From contig JBBRDG010000005.1 in assembly GCA_038204165.1 (NCBI GenBank), positions 1-60,743 of the forward strand: 60,743 nt of DNA, read 5' to 3'. A model generated the notes under the pieces. The model was not told where the DNA came from and made no database searches. It worked only from the letters and a program-made list of their open reading frames with translations. The position numbers and the translations under genes are program-made. Source of the DNA: Elusimicrobiales bacterium. Lineage in GTDB: Bacteria; Elusimicrobiota; Elusimicrobia; Elusimicrobiales; UBA9959. Shown here piece after piece: positions 24,876-34,721 of this stretch; position 1 is the stretch's first letter; each line of letters starts with the position of its first letter.

Positions 24876-26287
24876 ACCGAACCCCAATACCATTCTATCT
24901 GTACCGGGCTGGGCGCGCCGTCCTGCGCCGTGTCCGCGGCTTCCTGGTCCATGCGCGGCAGGATGTCGCGCAGTTTCCAATCTTCGTTCTGGCGGCCGAA
25001 GACCCAGTATTCGGTGAAAGGCTGCGGCGCGGCATCGCGGTGCAGCGGCTTGCCGTTGCGGAACATGGTCCGTATTGACGTAGCAGTTATCCGGGCCGTG
25101 AATTCGTCCAGACGCAGGTCGTTCTTCTCGGCGGGGGTGGTAAGCACTACCTCGGCCCGGCGCGTGAAAAGGTCCTTAAATTCGAAGGAAAGCCCTTCCC
25201 CTTTGCGGGCTTCCAGGAGTTTTCTGAGTTTCGCCAGCGCCTCTCCGGAGACGAAGTCGGCGCTGAGTAGCGCCGCGTCGTTCCTGCCCCAGGCCCCGTA
25301 TACGCTTTCGAAGGCCAGCGTGGCGGCTATCTCCATCTTCTGCCGGTCCCATTTAAGCGCGGCCGGAGCTTTCGGGGGGGCGGGAGCATAAGCCGCCGCT
25401 GCAGTAAAAGGAGCGGCCGCGGCAAAAGGGGCCGCCGCGCCCGCCGCAGCGAAAGGCTGAGCTGGGGAGGGGGCTGCGCCTGCCGGAGTTTCGGGCAGGT
25501 TGGGGGCGTTAAGGAAATCCATTTCGGAGGGCTGGTCTATGCGGGCCAGTGCCCAGTTTCCGTACAGCCGGTAAAAGGTCCAGAATTCCTGGAAAGGTTC
25601 CGGTTCGCGGCCGCTGGGGCCGCGAGAATAAGAGCTTTCGTCAACCATGTAGTCGCAGGCCGAGGCGGTGACCAGTGCGGTGAAAGTGCGGCCTTCCTTC
25701 TCCCGCGTGCAGCGCACGTGCACGAAGTCGACGCGCAGTAGGCTGAGGTTTTCCATCACGTTGATTTCGCCGCGCTGCCGCATGGCCTGCACCTTGGCTT
25801 CATGCGCGGAGAGGAGGGCCGGCATCATAATGTCGCCGAGCCCGTTGTAGTCGCGGTCCTGCCAGGCCTTTTCCACGCGGTTGAATGCCTTTCTTACGAA
25901 AGTTTCCAGGTTCCCCGGGTCGAATTCCGGGTTGTCCGCGGTCAGGCTTTGCATGATGGCGCGGGTCTTTTCGGCGCGCCCGGAGTATGTCTCGCGGGGG
26001 ACCGCCGCGTTCTTTACGCTGGAGGTGACTCCGGAGCCTGCGCTGTCGCGGCTGGTGATCTTGTTTATCAGGAGGACTGTGCCGGCTACCGCGAGGAAAA
26101 TTAAGTCAAAAAGCGTATTACGGCGGCCGAAAGGACTCCTTGAAGAGTAGCCGCCGCTGTAGCCGCGGTTGTAGCCGCTGCTGTGGTAATAACCGCCGCC
26201 GCTGGAAAAGCCGCCGCCGCTGCCGGCCCGGGCAAAGGCCGGGGCCGCGGAGGCGCACAAGAGCAGGGCCAGCAGCAGGTATCTCAT
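24872..26287 (-). CDS. Membrane-anchored protein with two Tim44-like domains
   Basis: Signal peptide, then a G/S/Y-rich tract, TM LFDLIFLAVAGTVLLI, and two Tim44-like modules (each ending FxEYW/FWxF...W.L..I) joined by an A/P-rich linker. Confidence 0.65.
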   Translation of the reverse strand: MRYLLLALLLCASAAPAFARAGSGGGFSSGGGYYHSSGYNRGYSGGYSSRSPFGRRNTLFDLIFLAVAGTVLLINKITSRDSAGSGVTSSVKNAAVPRETYSGRAEKTRAIMQSLTADNPEFDPGNLETFVRKAFNRVEKAWQDRDYNGLGDIMMPALLSAHEAKVQAMRQRGEINVMENLSLLRVDFVHVRCTREKEGRTFTALVTASACDYMVDESSYSRGPSGREPEPFQEFWTFYRLYGNWALARIDQPSEMDFLNAPNLPETPAGAAPSPAQPFAAAGAAAPFAAAAPFTAAAAYAPAPPKAPAALKWDRQKMEIAATLAFESVYGAWGRNDAALLSADFVSGEALAKLRKLLEARKGEGLSFEFKDLFTRRAEVVLTTPAEKNDLRLDEFTARITATSIRTMFRNGKPLHRDAAPQPFTEYWVFGRQNEDWKLRDILPRMDQEAADTAQDGAPSPVQIEWYWGSV

Positions 26288-26288
26288 T

Positions 26289-26558
26289 TTAGTGAAGGGC
26301 CGCTATGAGCCCGCCCAGTACCGAGGCCGCGATGATGATGCTGACGCCGATGATGGCCGCAGAAACGATCCGGCCGAAGTATTCGGCCACCGCCCGGTTG
26401 CCGCGTATTATTTCTTTACCCTCGTCTATGTCCGGGGTCAGTTTGTCGAAGATAGCCGGAATCCGCGCCGAAAACCAGATTAGCAGGGCCGCGCCCGCGG
26501 CGGCGCCCGTAACCGCGAAAACTACGGCAAGCCCCATATTTATTATAGTAGCGCTCAT
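26289..26558 (-). CDS. DUF350-family small membrane protein
   Basis: Two or three TM segments. Loop DIDEGKEIIRGNRAVAEYFG is typical of DUF350. The stop lies 1 nt before the start of the downstream Tim44-like gene. Confidence 0.6.
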   Translation of the reverse strand: MSATIINMGLAVVFAVTGAAAGAALLIWFSARIPAIFDKLTPDIDEGKEIIRGNRAVAEYFGRIVSAAIIGVSIIIAASVLGGLIAALH

Positions 26559-26811
26559 TAAGTGCCTCCTGTTACTGTACGTGGAAAGTTTATATTTTTT
26601 TTATAGCAAAGTCATCTGCGGGCCGCGGTTCGCAAATACAAATATAACTCAAATTATCTGGAAAGGCGCGTGGACGAAAATTAACCGGCCCGAAAATGCT
26701 AAAATATCTTCTCGGCAGATCCGGTTGGCCTGATTTTTTTTCTAGTCCTGTCAGTTCCCGGCAATTTTTACTGCTAAAGTTATATTACCCGCCCTGCGGG
26801 GCTTAGCTACC

Positions 26812-28617
26812 ATGATTACACTTAGAAATGTTTCCAAGTCTTTTTCTTCCCAGGTCCTGTTCGAAGACGCCTCCCTGCAGGTTAACGAGGGCGACCGGTT
26901 CGCGCTGGTCGGGCCCAACGGCGCCGGCAAATCCACGCTTTTTAAAATGATGCTCAAGGCTGAAGAAGCCGACGACGGCGAGATTCAGTTCAAAAAAGGA
27001 GTGGTGGTGGGGTACCTTCCGCAGGAGAACCCGCCCGTCTCCGAGCGCACCGTGATAGAAGAGACCCTTGACGGCGTAGAGGATTACGACGGCCGTATAG
27101 AGGCCGAAGGCAAGTCCATCCTGATGGGCCTGGGCTTCAAGGTCACCGATTTTACCCGCAGGGTCAACACGCTCTCCGGCGGCTGGGCTATGCGCGTGGC
27201 CATGGGGAAGCTGCTGCTGAAGAAGCCAGACCTGCTGCTGCTCGACGAACCGACCAATCACCTGGACCTTGACTCACTGCTGTGGCTGGAAGAGTACCTG
27301 CAGGTCTATCAGGGCGCCATCTTCCTGATCTCCCACGACCGCGACTTCATCAACAAGATCAGCAGCGCCATCGTTTCGCTGCAGGACCATACCCTGCGCG
27401 TCTACCACGGCAACTACGAGAATTTTGTGGCCCAGCGCCAGGCCGAAAAAGAGAAAACCTATTCCGCCTGGCGCCTGCAACAGGAAGAGATAGCCCAGAT
27501 GGAGGATTTCATCGCCCGCAACCGGGCCCGCGTCTCTACCGCCGCGCGCGTACAGAGCATGATCAAGCGCCTGGACAAGCTGGAGCGCATTGAGCTGATC
27601 CAGGAAGTTAAGACGGTGAAGATGCGCTTCCCGCAGCCTAACCGCACCGGCACGAACGTGCTGGAACTGCGGAACATCAGCAAAATTTATGAGGTCCCGG
27701 ACCACGAGCCGATAAAGGTTTATGAGGGTTTCGATTTCCAGCTGCAGCGCGGGCAGAAGATGGCCTTTGTGGGCCATAACGGCGCCGGCAAATCAACCCT
27801 GCTCAAGATGCTGGCCGGCGTGATAGAGCCGGACTCCGGCGAGCGCGTGCTGGGCCTAAACGTGAAGACCGGCTACTTCTCCCAGCACCGCGAGGGTATC
27901 CTGGACCCGAGGAAGACCGTGCTGCAGGAAGCCATGGATAACGACCGGATGAACCCTGAGCTGACCGTGCGCACCGTGCTCGGCACCTTCCTGTTTCCCG
28001 GTGACAACGTTCACAAGAAGACCGAAGTGCTCTCCGGCGGCGAGAAGAGCCGCCTTATGTTGGTGAAGTTGCTGATGGACCCGCCCAACGTAATCCTGAT
28101 GGACGAGCCCACCACCCACCTCGACATGGCCAGCGTGGACGCGTTGGTGGTTGCCCTTAAAGAATTCGAAGGCACCCTCTGTTTTATCAGCCACGACATC
28201 TATTTCATCAACGCGCTGGCCGACTCCGTGGTTCACATCGAACAGGGCAAGACCACTGTTTACCCAGGCAACTACGACTATTTCCGCTACCGCCAGGACC
28301 AGCTGCAGTCCGAAAGGGCCGCCGTCCAGCGTAAAGCCGGTCCGGCGCAGGCCGCGCCCGTTCCTTCCGGGGACTGGGAAGAGAAGAAGCGGCAGGAGGC
28401 GGATAGCCGGAAGAAGACGCGCCGCGCCGAGACTCTTAAGAAAGAGATCGCCTATTCCCGCAAGAACGTGGAGGGCCTGGCCGCCAGACTGTCCGCCCCG
28501 GAAATACATTCCGATTATAAACAGGTTAAAGAACTCGGCGACAAAATAGCGGCCATGGAAGCCAAGATCGCCGCCTTCACGGAAGAGCTCGCCGCATTGG
28601 AAAAAATAGCGGCCTAG
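26812..28617 (+). CDS. ABC-F family ATPase (translation-associated; Uup/YheS-like)
   Basis: Two NBDs without a TMD: Walker A GPNGAGKST and GHNGAGKST, signatures LSGGW and LSGGEK. C-terminal K/E/R-rich coiled coil. Confidence 0.88.
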   Translation: MITLRNVSKSFSSQVLFEDASLQVNEGDRFALVGPNGAGKSTLFKMMLKAEEADDGEIQFKKGVVVGYLPQENPPVSERTVIEETLDGVEDYDGRIEAEGKSILMGLGFKVTDFTRRVNTLSGGWAMRVAMGKLLLKKPDLLLLDEPTNHLDLDSLLWLEEYLQVYQGAIFLISHDRDFINKISSAIVSLQDHTLRVYHGNYENFVAQRQAEKEKTYSAWRLQQEEIAQMEDFIARNRARVSTAARVQSMIKRLDKLERIELIQEVKTVKMRFPQPNRTGTNVLELRNISKIYEVPDHEPIKVYEGFDFQLQRGQKMAFVGHNGAGKSTLLKMLAGVIEPDSGERVLGLNVKTGYFSQHREGILDPRKTVLQEAMDNDRMNPELTVRTVLGTFLFPGDNVHKKTEVLSGGEKSRLMLVKLLMDPPNVILMDEPTTHLDMASVDALVVALKEFEGTLCFISHDIYFINALADSVVHIEQGKTTVYPGNYDYFRYRQDQLQSERAAVQRKAGPAQAAPVPSGDWEEKKRQEADSRKKTRRAETLKKEIAYSRKNVEGLAARLSAPEIHSDYKQVKELGDKIAAMEAKIAAFTEELAALEKIAA

Positions 28618-28651
28618 GAAAATAGTTTGGAGCAGGTCAGCTGAGGGATGG

Positions 28652-28766
28652 CCGGGGTGATCCCCTGAGCGCCCGTTGCGGAGAGGGGCCCCGCCATAAT
28701 TTCCCAAGGCGGGGGGAACCGACGCAAGGGTTCCCTGCAGTCCGGGCGAGCAGGGTATCACCCCGG
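28652..28766 (+). ncRNA. Structured element in the typA leader (unclassified)
   Basis: Outer stem 28652-28667 pairs with 28751-28766 (15/16), extended by cgcccg/cgggcg. Two inner hairpins: ccccgcc/ggcgggg and gggaacc/ggttccc. No T-run follows. Confidence 0.4.
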
Positions 28767-28834
28767 ACAGCCCGACTTGTACGACTTGCGATTATTTAAA
28801 CGATTTCTCAGGATTTTTAAGGAGACCTAAACAC

Positions 28835-30673
28835 ATGCAACAAGACAACGCCAAGCGCCGGCCCGACCTGCGCAATATAGCCATCATCGCCCACGTCGAC
28901 CACGGCAAAACCACCATGCTGGACGCCATGCTTAAGCAGACCGGCGCCTTCCACGACAAAACCGGCGAAGAGGCCATCTGCATCATGGATTCCAACGACC
29001 TCGAAAGAGAGCGCGGCATCACCATCCTTTCCAAGAATACCTCCGTCCGCTACGGCACCAGCACCATTCACATTGTGGACACCCCGGGCCACGCCGACTT
29101 CGGCAGCGAAGTCGAACGCGTGCTCCGCATGGTAGACGGCGTACTGCTCCTGGTGGACGCCCTCGACGGCCCCATGCCGCAGACCCGTTTCGTGCTCAAG
29201 AAGTCGCTGGCGCTTGGCCTGCGCCCCATAGTCGTCATCAATAAAATCGACCGCCCCAACTGCGATCCCCACGCCACCCTGGACAAGGTCTTCGCCCTGT
29301 TCATGGAGCTCGGCGCCAACGACGCGCAGCTGGACTTCCCCACGGTTTACGCCGTGGGCCGCGACGGCTGGGCCACGATGGACTACAAGGTAAAGACCAA
29401 CGACCTCAAGCCCCTGTTCGAGACCATTATGAAATACGTCCCCGGTCCGCTGGACCTGGACGACCAGCCGCTGCGCATGCTGGTCACGATCCTGGACTAC
29501 AGCTCCTACACCGGCCGCATAGGCGTAGGCCGCATTGTGCAGGGCAAGGTCTCCGCCGGGCAGCAGGTCATGATGGGAGCGCCCAATTCAGAGCTGAAGA
29601 ACCGCAAGGTTATGCAGCTGATGGGCTACCAGGGGATGGAGCGCGTGATCATAAAGGAAGCCCGCTCCGGCGCCATAGTAGCTATGGCCGGCCTGGAAGG
29701 CGTGGAAGTGGGCGACACCATTTCCGATACCGATAACCCCGGCGTACTGCCCGGGCTCGACATCGAGCAGCCGACCATCTCCATGGAATTCTACGCCAAC
29801 GACGGGCCTTTCTCCGGCCGCGAGGGCAAGTTCGTCACCGCCACCCAGTTGCGCGACCGCCTTTACCGCGAGCAGCAGATCAATGTAGGTCTTAAGGTGG
29901 AGGAGATTCCCGGCATGGGCGGCTTTAAGGTCGCCGGCCGCGGCGAGCTGCATCTCGCCATCCTTATCGAGACCATGAGGCGCGAGGGTTTCGAGCTCTG
30001 CGTTTCCAAGATGGTAGTGATAACGCACGAGGAGAACGGCGAAACCGTGGAGCCTGTGGAAATGCTGATGCTGGACGCCCCGGCCGAGTTTCAGGGGTCC
30101 GTGATGAACGGCCTCGGCTCCCGCGGCGCGCAGCTTAAGAATATGTACATTGGCGAGGACACCCGCGTCCGCTTCGAGTACGTTATCTCGTCGCGCGCGC
30201 TGATCGGCTTCAAATCCGAGTTCCTGACCTTCACCAAAGGCTCGGGCCTGATGCACCACAGCTTCCACGGCTTCCTGCCGGCTGGCAACTTCAACAGCCC
30301 GAAGCGCAACGGCGTATTTATAGCCAAGGACCCCGGCACTTCCACCGCTTATGCCCTGAATAGTCTGCAGGACCACGGCATAATGTGCGTGGGCCCCGGC
30401 GAGGATATTTATGCCGGACAGATAGTGGGCGAGCATTGCCGCGCCAACGACCTGGTCACCAACCCCTGCAAGGAAAAGCAGCAGTCCAATATGCGTTCTT
30501 CCACCGCGGATATGTCCATCTGCCTGACCCCGCACCGCAAGATGAGCCTGGAGCAGGCCATCGAGTACGTGGAGGAGGACGAGTTTGTGGAAGTTACGCC
30601 CAAGAACCTGCGGCTGCGCAAAAAGGTCCTTGACCACAGCCAGCGCAAGCGCGGAGAGAAAGTAGAAGACTAG
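28835..30673 (+). CDS. typA: Translational GTPase TypA/BipA
   Basis: RBS aaggag. G1 [10 protein letters not shown]3 DTPGHADF, G4 NKID. Full-length BipA architecture (612 aa). Confidence 0.95.
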   Translation: MQQDNAKRRPDLRNIAIIAHVDHGKTTMLDAMLKQTGAFHDKTGEEAICIMDSNDLERERGITILSKNTSVRYGTSTIHIVDTPGHADFGSEVERVLRMVDGVLLLVDALDGPMPQTRFVLKKSLALGLRPIVVINKIDRPNCDPHATLDKVFALFMELGANDAQLDFPTVYAVGRDGWATMDYKVKTNDLKPLFETIMKYVPGPLDLDDQPLRMLVTILDYSSYTGRIGVGRIVQGKVSAGQQVMMGAPNSELKNRKVMQLMGYQGMERVIIKEARSGAIVAMAGLEGVEVGDTISDTDNPGVLPGLDIEQPTISMEFYANDGPFSGREGKFVTATQLRDRLYREQQINVGLKVEEIPGMGGFKVAGRGELHLAILIETMRREGFELCVSKMVVITHEENGETVEPVEMLMLDAPAEFQGSVMNGLGSRGAQLKNMYIGEDTRVRFEYVISSRALIGFKSEFLTFTKGSGLMHHSFHGFLPAGNFNSPKRNGVFIAKDPGTSTAYALNSLQDHGIMCVGPGEDIYAGQIVGEHCRANDLVTNPCKEKQQSNMRSSTADMSICLTPHRKMSLEQAIEYVEEDEFVEVTPKNLRLRKKVLDHSQRKRGEKVED

Positions 30674-30677
30674 GCGG

Positions 30678-30962
30678 ATGAACGAAGACTCGCTGCTGGG
30701 CATGACGACTGGCCAGTCCGGAGGTAAAACCGGAGTGGCCAGCCTTCTTGCCGGGATGAGCATGGGGGGGATTATCTCCTCCCTGGTTTTCTCAGGAGTC
30801 GGCTATTTCTACGTTAATCGCGGCCGCGCCGAGGGGAACGTCCCCAAAATCGTCTGCGGCGTGGCGCTGATGGTGTACCCGTACTTTATCGTTAATACCT
30901 TCTATATCGTCCTCGTCGGTGCCGGGCTTGCCGCTGCTCCTTACGTGATGGAAAAGTTCTAA
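30678..30962 (+). CDS. Small membrane protein (hypothetical)
   Basis: Starts 5 nt after the typA stop. Three hydrophobic segments (GIISSLVFSGVGYFYV, IVCGVALMVYPYFIV, YIVLVGAGLAAAPYV). Confidence 0.5.
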   Translation: MNEDSLLGMTTGQSGGKTGVASLLAGMSMGGIISSLVFSGVGYFYVNRGRAEGNVPKIVCGVALMVYPYFIVNTFYIVLVGAGLAAAPYVMEKF

Positions 30963-30983
30963 GTCCCGGCCGCATACTGATCT

Positions 30984-32351
30984 ATGAGATTATTCACCAG
31001 GGGCGAAGGCGGCGCCGGCGAACTGCTGAAGGTCGCCTACCCCATGATCCTTTCCACCGCGTCCACCACGGTGATGCAGTTCGTCAACCGGGTGTTCCTG
31101 GCGCATTACAGCCCGGACGCGCTGGCGGCTTGCGTGCCGGCCGGCCTGCTCTCGTTCGTCTTCAACTGTTTTTTCTTCGGTGTGGTGTCTTATACCAACG
31201 CTTTCGTGGCGCAGTATTACGGCAGGGGGAAGACCGCCAGCGTTTCGGTGGCGGTCTGGCAGGGCGTGTGGCTGTCGCTGGCTTCTGGCCTGCTGCTGCT
31301 CCTGCTGACCCCGGCGGGTTATTACATAATAAACCACTCCGGCCACGCCGCTCCGGTGATAGTCCTCGAAAGGCAGTACTTCCTCATCCTTAATTCCTGC
31401 GGCATGATCTACCTGGTCGCCACGGCCCTTTCGGCCTTCTTCACCGGCCGCGGCAAGACCAAGGTCCCGATGGTCGTCAATATCGCCGGCAACGCGCTTT
31501 GCCTGCTGCTTTCCTGGCTGCTCATCTTCGGCGCCGGCCCGGTGCCGGCCATGGGCATAGCCGGGGCCGCCTACGCGATGGTGGCCGGGCAGACGCTGAT
31601 GCTGGCGCTTTACCTGGTAATGATCTTCTCACCTTATAACCGCAGGCGCTATCGTACCGCCCGACTGGTGGGCGTGCATAAGGGCCTTTTTCTCCGCCTG
31701 ATAAAATACGGCGCCCCTAACGGCGTCGGCTTTTTCCTGGATATCGCCTCCTTCGGCGCGTTCATCTTTATTATAGGGGCCATGGACAGGATCTCGCTGG
31801 CCGCCAGCAATATTATCGCCTCCATAAACATGATCGCTTTTATGCCGGTGATCGGCATGGGCATTGCCTGCCTTACGCTGGTCGGGAAATATATAGGCAT
31901 GCGCAAGCCGGACGTGGCTATGCGGGTGGCGCATAACGGGGCAAAGATGGCCGCCCTGTACGCGCTCTCCCTCGGGATCCTCTTCGTGGCCATTCCCGGG
32001 CTGTTCGTTAATATTTTTGGCTCGGGCAATTCCGCCGAGTACGCGGAAATCCTGGCCAGGACCAGGCCCGTCATGAACGTGCTGGCCGTGTTCGTCTTCT
32101 TCGACGCCATCGGCATGGTATACGCCGACGCGCTGCGCGGGGCGGGGGACACGCGCTTCCAGATGCTGGGCGCCAGCGCCGCGGCCTGGCTGCTGTTCGT
32201 GCCGGGCATCTGGTATATAACGCACCGGGCCGGCGGTGATCTTATCCACGCCTGGGCGTGGGGCGCCTTCTACGTTTTCCTGCTTTCGGTCTTCTTCACG
32301 CTGCGCTTCCGTTCCGGCTTGTGGCGGAAGATAAATATTTTGAAAGATTAG
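30984..32351 (+). CDS. MATE family efflux transporter
   Basis: 12-TM profile. LLKVAYPMILSTASTTVMQFVNRVFLAH and DALRGAGDTRF are MATE hallmarks. Confidence 0.85.
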   Translation: MRLFTRGEGGAGELLKVAYPMILSTASTTVMQFVNRVFLAHYSPDALAACVPAGLLSFVFNCFFFGVVSYTNAFVAQYYGRGKTASVSVAVWQGVWLSLASGLLLLLLTPAGYYIINHSGHAAPVIVLERQYFLILNSCGMIYLVATALSAFFTGRGKTKVPMVVNIAGNALCLLLSWLLIFGAGPVPAMGIAGAAYAMVAGQTLMLALYLVMIFSPYNRRRYRTARLVGVHKGLFLRLIKYGAPNGVGFFLDIASFGAFIFIIGAMDRISLAASNIIASINMIAFMPVIGMGIACLTLVGKYIGMRKPDVAMRVAHNGAKMAALYALSLGILFVAIPGLFVNIFGSGNSAEYAEILARTRPVMNVLAVFVFFDAIGMVYADALRGAGDTRFQMLGASAAAWLLFVPGIWYITHRAGGDLIHAWAWGAFYVFLLSVFFTLRFRSGLWRKINILKD

Positions 32352-32390
32352 TGTTTACCAGTTATTTTTCTCAAAAGGTATAATACATTT

Positions 32391-33578
32391 ATGGCTGAAA
32401 AAATATTTTCTATTGCCGGCGGTCTGCCCAGGGTAAAGCTTTCGCACGCGCCCGCCGGGCCCAACGCCTTCAAGCGGATGATCGACACCTGCGACCGCGC
32501 CGAGCCGGGCGCGATGGTGGCCGTCTACGACAAGAACAATAACCCCTACGGTGTGGCGCTGTACAACCCGCGCAGCCAGATTACGCTGCGCATCTTCTCC
32601 CGCAACAACCCCGACACCTTCAGCATCGACGATTTCCTTGAGGAACGCGTGGGGCGCGCCATAGCGCTGCGCCACGACATGCTCAAACTCCCGGCCGTCA
32701 CCGACGCCTACCGCCTGATCCACGACTACGGCGACGGACTGCCCGGTATTACGGTGGATAAGTACAAGGACGATATCTCCCTGGAGTTCTACTCGCTTGG
32801 GATGTACCGTCTCTGGCCCAACATCGAGGCCGCTTTCAGAAAGCATTTCCCCAACGCGGTGTTCCACCACCGCGCCAGCTCCTATACCCAGGACATGGAA
32901 GGTTTTAATATAAAGCCGGAGACGGGCCCCGCCCGCAAAGTGCGCATCAACGAGAACGGGGTGCAGTTCGAGGTGGATATGAATTCCGGGCGCAAGACCG
33001 GCTTTTTCTGCGACCAGCGCGAGAACCGCCTGTTCGCCTCTTCCTTCGCCGGCGGCAAGAGCGTGCTGGACATCTGCGCCTATACCGGCGGCTTCGGCAT
33101 TTACGCCGGCAAGCTGGGCGGCGCGCAGGGCGTGACCTGCGTGGAACTGGACCCGGAAGCCAGCGAGCTTTCCAAGCGCAACGCCAATATCAACAAGGTT
33201 AAGATGGACCCGGTCTGCGCCGACGCTTTCACCTATATGCGCCAGATGCTCAGCCTGAAGCGCCGCTATGGCATGGTGGTGCTTGACCCTTACAAACTGG
33301 TGGCCAACCGCGAAGAGCGGGATAAGGGCATTTTCAAGTACCGGGACTTTAACCGTCTGGCGCTTTCGCTGGTGGAAGAGGGCGGCTTCTTCGTGACCTG
33401 CTCCTGCAGCGGCATGGTCTCCATGGACGAATTCTCCTTCATCGTGCGCGGCGCGGCCTCCAACTCCGGCAGGCGCGTGCAGATCCTCCGGAAATCCGGC
33501 GCCGGCCCCGACCACCCCGTGGCGGCAGACTACCCCGAAGGCGAGTATTTAAAGGTGATATGCGCAAGAGTTTACTGA
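32391..33578 (+). CDS. rlmI: Class I SAM-dependent rRNA (cytosine-C5) methyltransferase, RlmI-like
   Basis: PUA-like N-terminus, KTGFFCDQRENR, SAM site VLDICAYTGGFG, and FFVTCSCS with catalytic Cys. Confidence 0.75.
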   Translation: MAEKIFSIAGGLPRVKLSHAPAGPNAFKRMIDTCDRAEPGAMVAVYDKNNNPYGVALYNPRSQITLRIFSRNNPDTFSIDDFLEERVGRAIALRHDMLKLPAVTDAYRLIHDYGDGLPGITVDKYKDDISLEFYSLGMYRLWPNIEAAFRKHFPNAVFHHRASSYTQDMEGFNIKPETGPARKVRINENGVQFEVDMNSGRKTGFFCDQRENRLFASSFAGGKSVLDICAYTGGFGIYAGKLGGAQGVTCVELDPEASELSKRNANINKVKMDPVCADAFTYMRQMLSLKRRYGMVVLDPYKLVANREERDKGIFKYRDFNRLALSLVEEGGFFVTCSCSGMVSMDEFSFIVRGAASNSGRRVQILRKSGAGPDHPVAADYPEGEYLKVICARVY

Positions 33579-34087
33579 TAGCCCTGCTGTTGCTCACGCC
33601 CTGCGGCCTCAACGCCGCGCAGCCGGTCATGATTGGAAAAGCGGCCGGCAGCTGGGAAGGCCGCGTTTTCAGCGGGGACGTGAAGTATGACGTGGCGGTA
33701 GAGATGAAGAAAGAGGGGGAGAACAGCCGCGGCTCCTACAGCGCTTCCGGCCCCGGCAAGAGCGGGAGCGGCTTTAACGGCGAGTTCACGGTTTCCTCCG
33801 GAGAACTGGCCTGCTATAAAGTCAAGGTCACTGTCTTTACCAGCCCCCGGTTTACTTTTAATGCGGTCGCCTGCCCTGCGGGCCCTGAGACGCTCAGGAT
33901 AACCTCGGCAATGGGCCAGGGGACGCTGGTCTTCTCTAATAAGTTCAAGCGCGCCGAATTTAATTTTCGCGGGCTGGCTGGCAATATTCACGGCATCCTG
34001 TACCGCTCCGCCCGGGAGAACGCCGAGGGCAAGGGGAAGGTCAGGGTGCCCGCCGCCCCCGCCAAGATGAAAGTATTCAAGCCTTAG
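33560..34087 (+). CDS. Secreted hypothetical protein
   Basis: Signal peptide MRKSLLIALLLLTPCGLNA. No recognisable motif. Overlaps the rlmI-like stop by 19 nt. Confidence 0.5.
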   Translation: MRKSLLIALLLLTPCGLNAAQPVMIGKAAGSWEGRVFSGDVKYDVAVEMKKEGENSRGSYSASGPGKSGSGFNGEFTVSSGELACYKVKVTVFTSPRFTFNAVACPAGPETLRITSAMGQGTLVFSNKFKRAEFNFRGLAGNIHGILYRSARENAEGKGKVRVPAAPAKMKVFKP

Positions 34088-34095
34088 GAGGATAA

Positions 34096-34545
34096 ATGCG
34101 CTCACCCAGCCATCTTAAATTCATGAAAGCGGCCCTGGCCGAAGCCCGCAAGGGCCTTAAGGAAGGGGGTATCCCTATAGGCGCGGTGCTGGTTAAGAAC
34201 GGGCGGATAATAGGGCGGGGGCATAACCGCCGGGTGCAGAAGAAGTCCGCCATCCTGCACGCCGAAATGGATTGCCTGGAGAACGCCGGCAGGCTTAAGG
34301 CCCGGGATTATAAGGAATGCGTTATCTATTCCACCCTCTCTCCCTGCTCCATGTGCACCGGGGCCATCCTTCTCTATAAGATCCCCACGGTCGTAATTGG
34401 CGAGAATGCAACCTTTAAGGGCCCGGAAGGCTATTCTAAGAAGTTCGTGAAGCTGCTGAACCTGGACCTGCCCGAATGTAAGCTGCTTATGGCCGATTTT
34501 ATAGAGGCCAAGCCAGAACTTTGGAACGAAGATATTGGTGAATAG
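34096..34545 (+). CDS. CMP/dCMP-type zinc deaminase, yeast FCY1-like cytosine deaminase
   Basis: HAEMDCLEN and PCSMCTGAI zinc motifs. Near-colinear with yeast Fcy1 from memory (GRGHN.R.QK.SA.LH.E, YKIPTVVIGEN), including the C-terminal W.EDIGE. Confidence 0.75.
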   Translation: MRSPSHLKFMKAALAEARKGLKEGGIPIGAVLVKNGRIIGRGHNRRVQKKSAILHAEMDCLENAGRLKARDYKECVIYSTLSPCSMCTGAILLYKIPTVVIGENATFKGPEGYSKKFVKLLNLDLPECKLLMADFIEAKPELWNEDIGE

Positions 34546-34576
34546 GCCTGTTGGGGTGCAGTATAGTACATTTTGT

Positions 34577-34605
34577 TTGACCTTTTGACGGATTAATGCC
34601 ATAAT
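34577..34605 (+). promoter_or_regulatory. Candidate sigma70 promoter of the RRM gene (long leader)
   Basis: TTGACC (34577-34582), 17 nt spacer, CATAAT (34600-34605). This predicts a leader of about 110 nt before ATG 34722, with the RBS aggagga just upstream of the ATG. Confidence 0.5.
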
Positions 34606-34721
34606 AGAGGTGTAGTTAAACCGAGAGCTCAAGATTTTTCGAAGCCTATCCTGCTAGCAGTAGAGTAAGGAAAGTGCAGAGAGAGTTGAGATCAGGTAAA
34701 GATAGCTAGGAGGATAGTAAA

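Noticed and set aside
28618-28834. typA leader considered as a TPP, ykkC (guanidine/ppGpp), c-di-GMP-I, SRP RNA or 6S RNA.
   Set aside because: Only short partial matches were seen (GGGGTG...CTGAG, AGGGTTCC...GTCCGGGCGAG, GACGCAAGG). The required conserved cores (CUGAGA/ACCUGA, GGUCCGAGAG plus the terminal GGGA motif, GGCAAACC receptor, GGAAGCAGCC) are absent, and the architecture doesn't fit.
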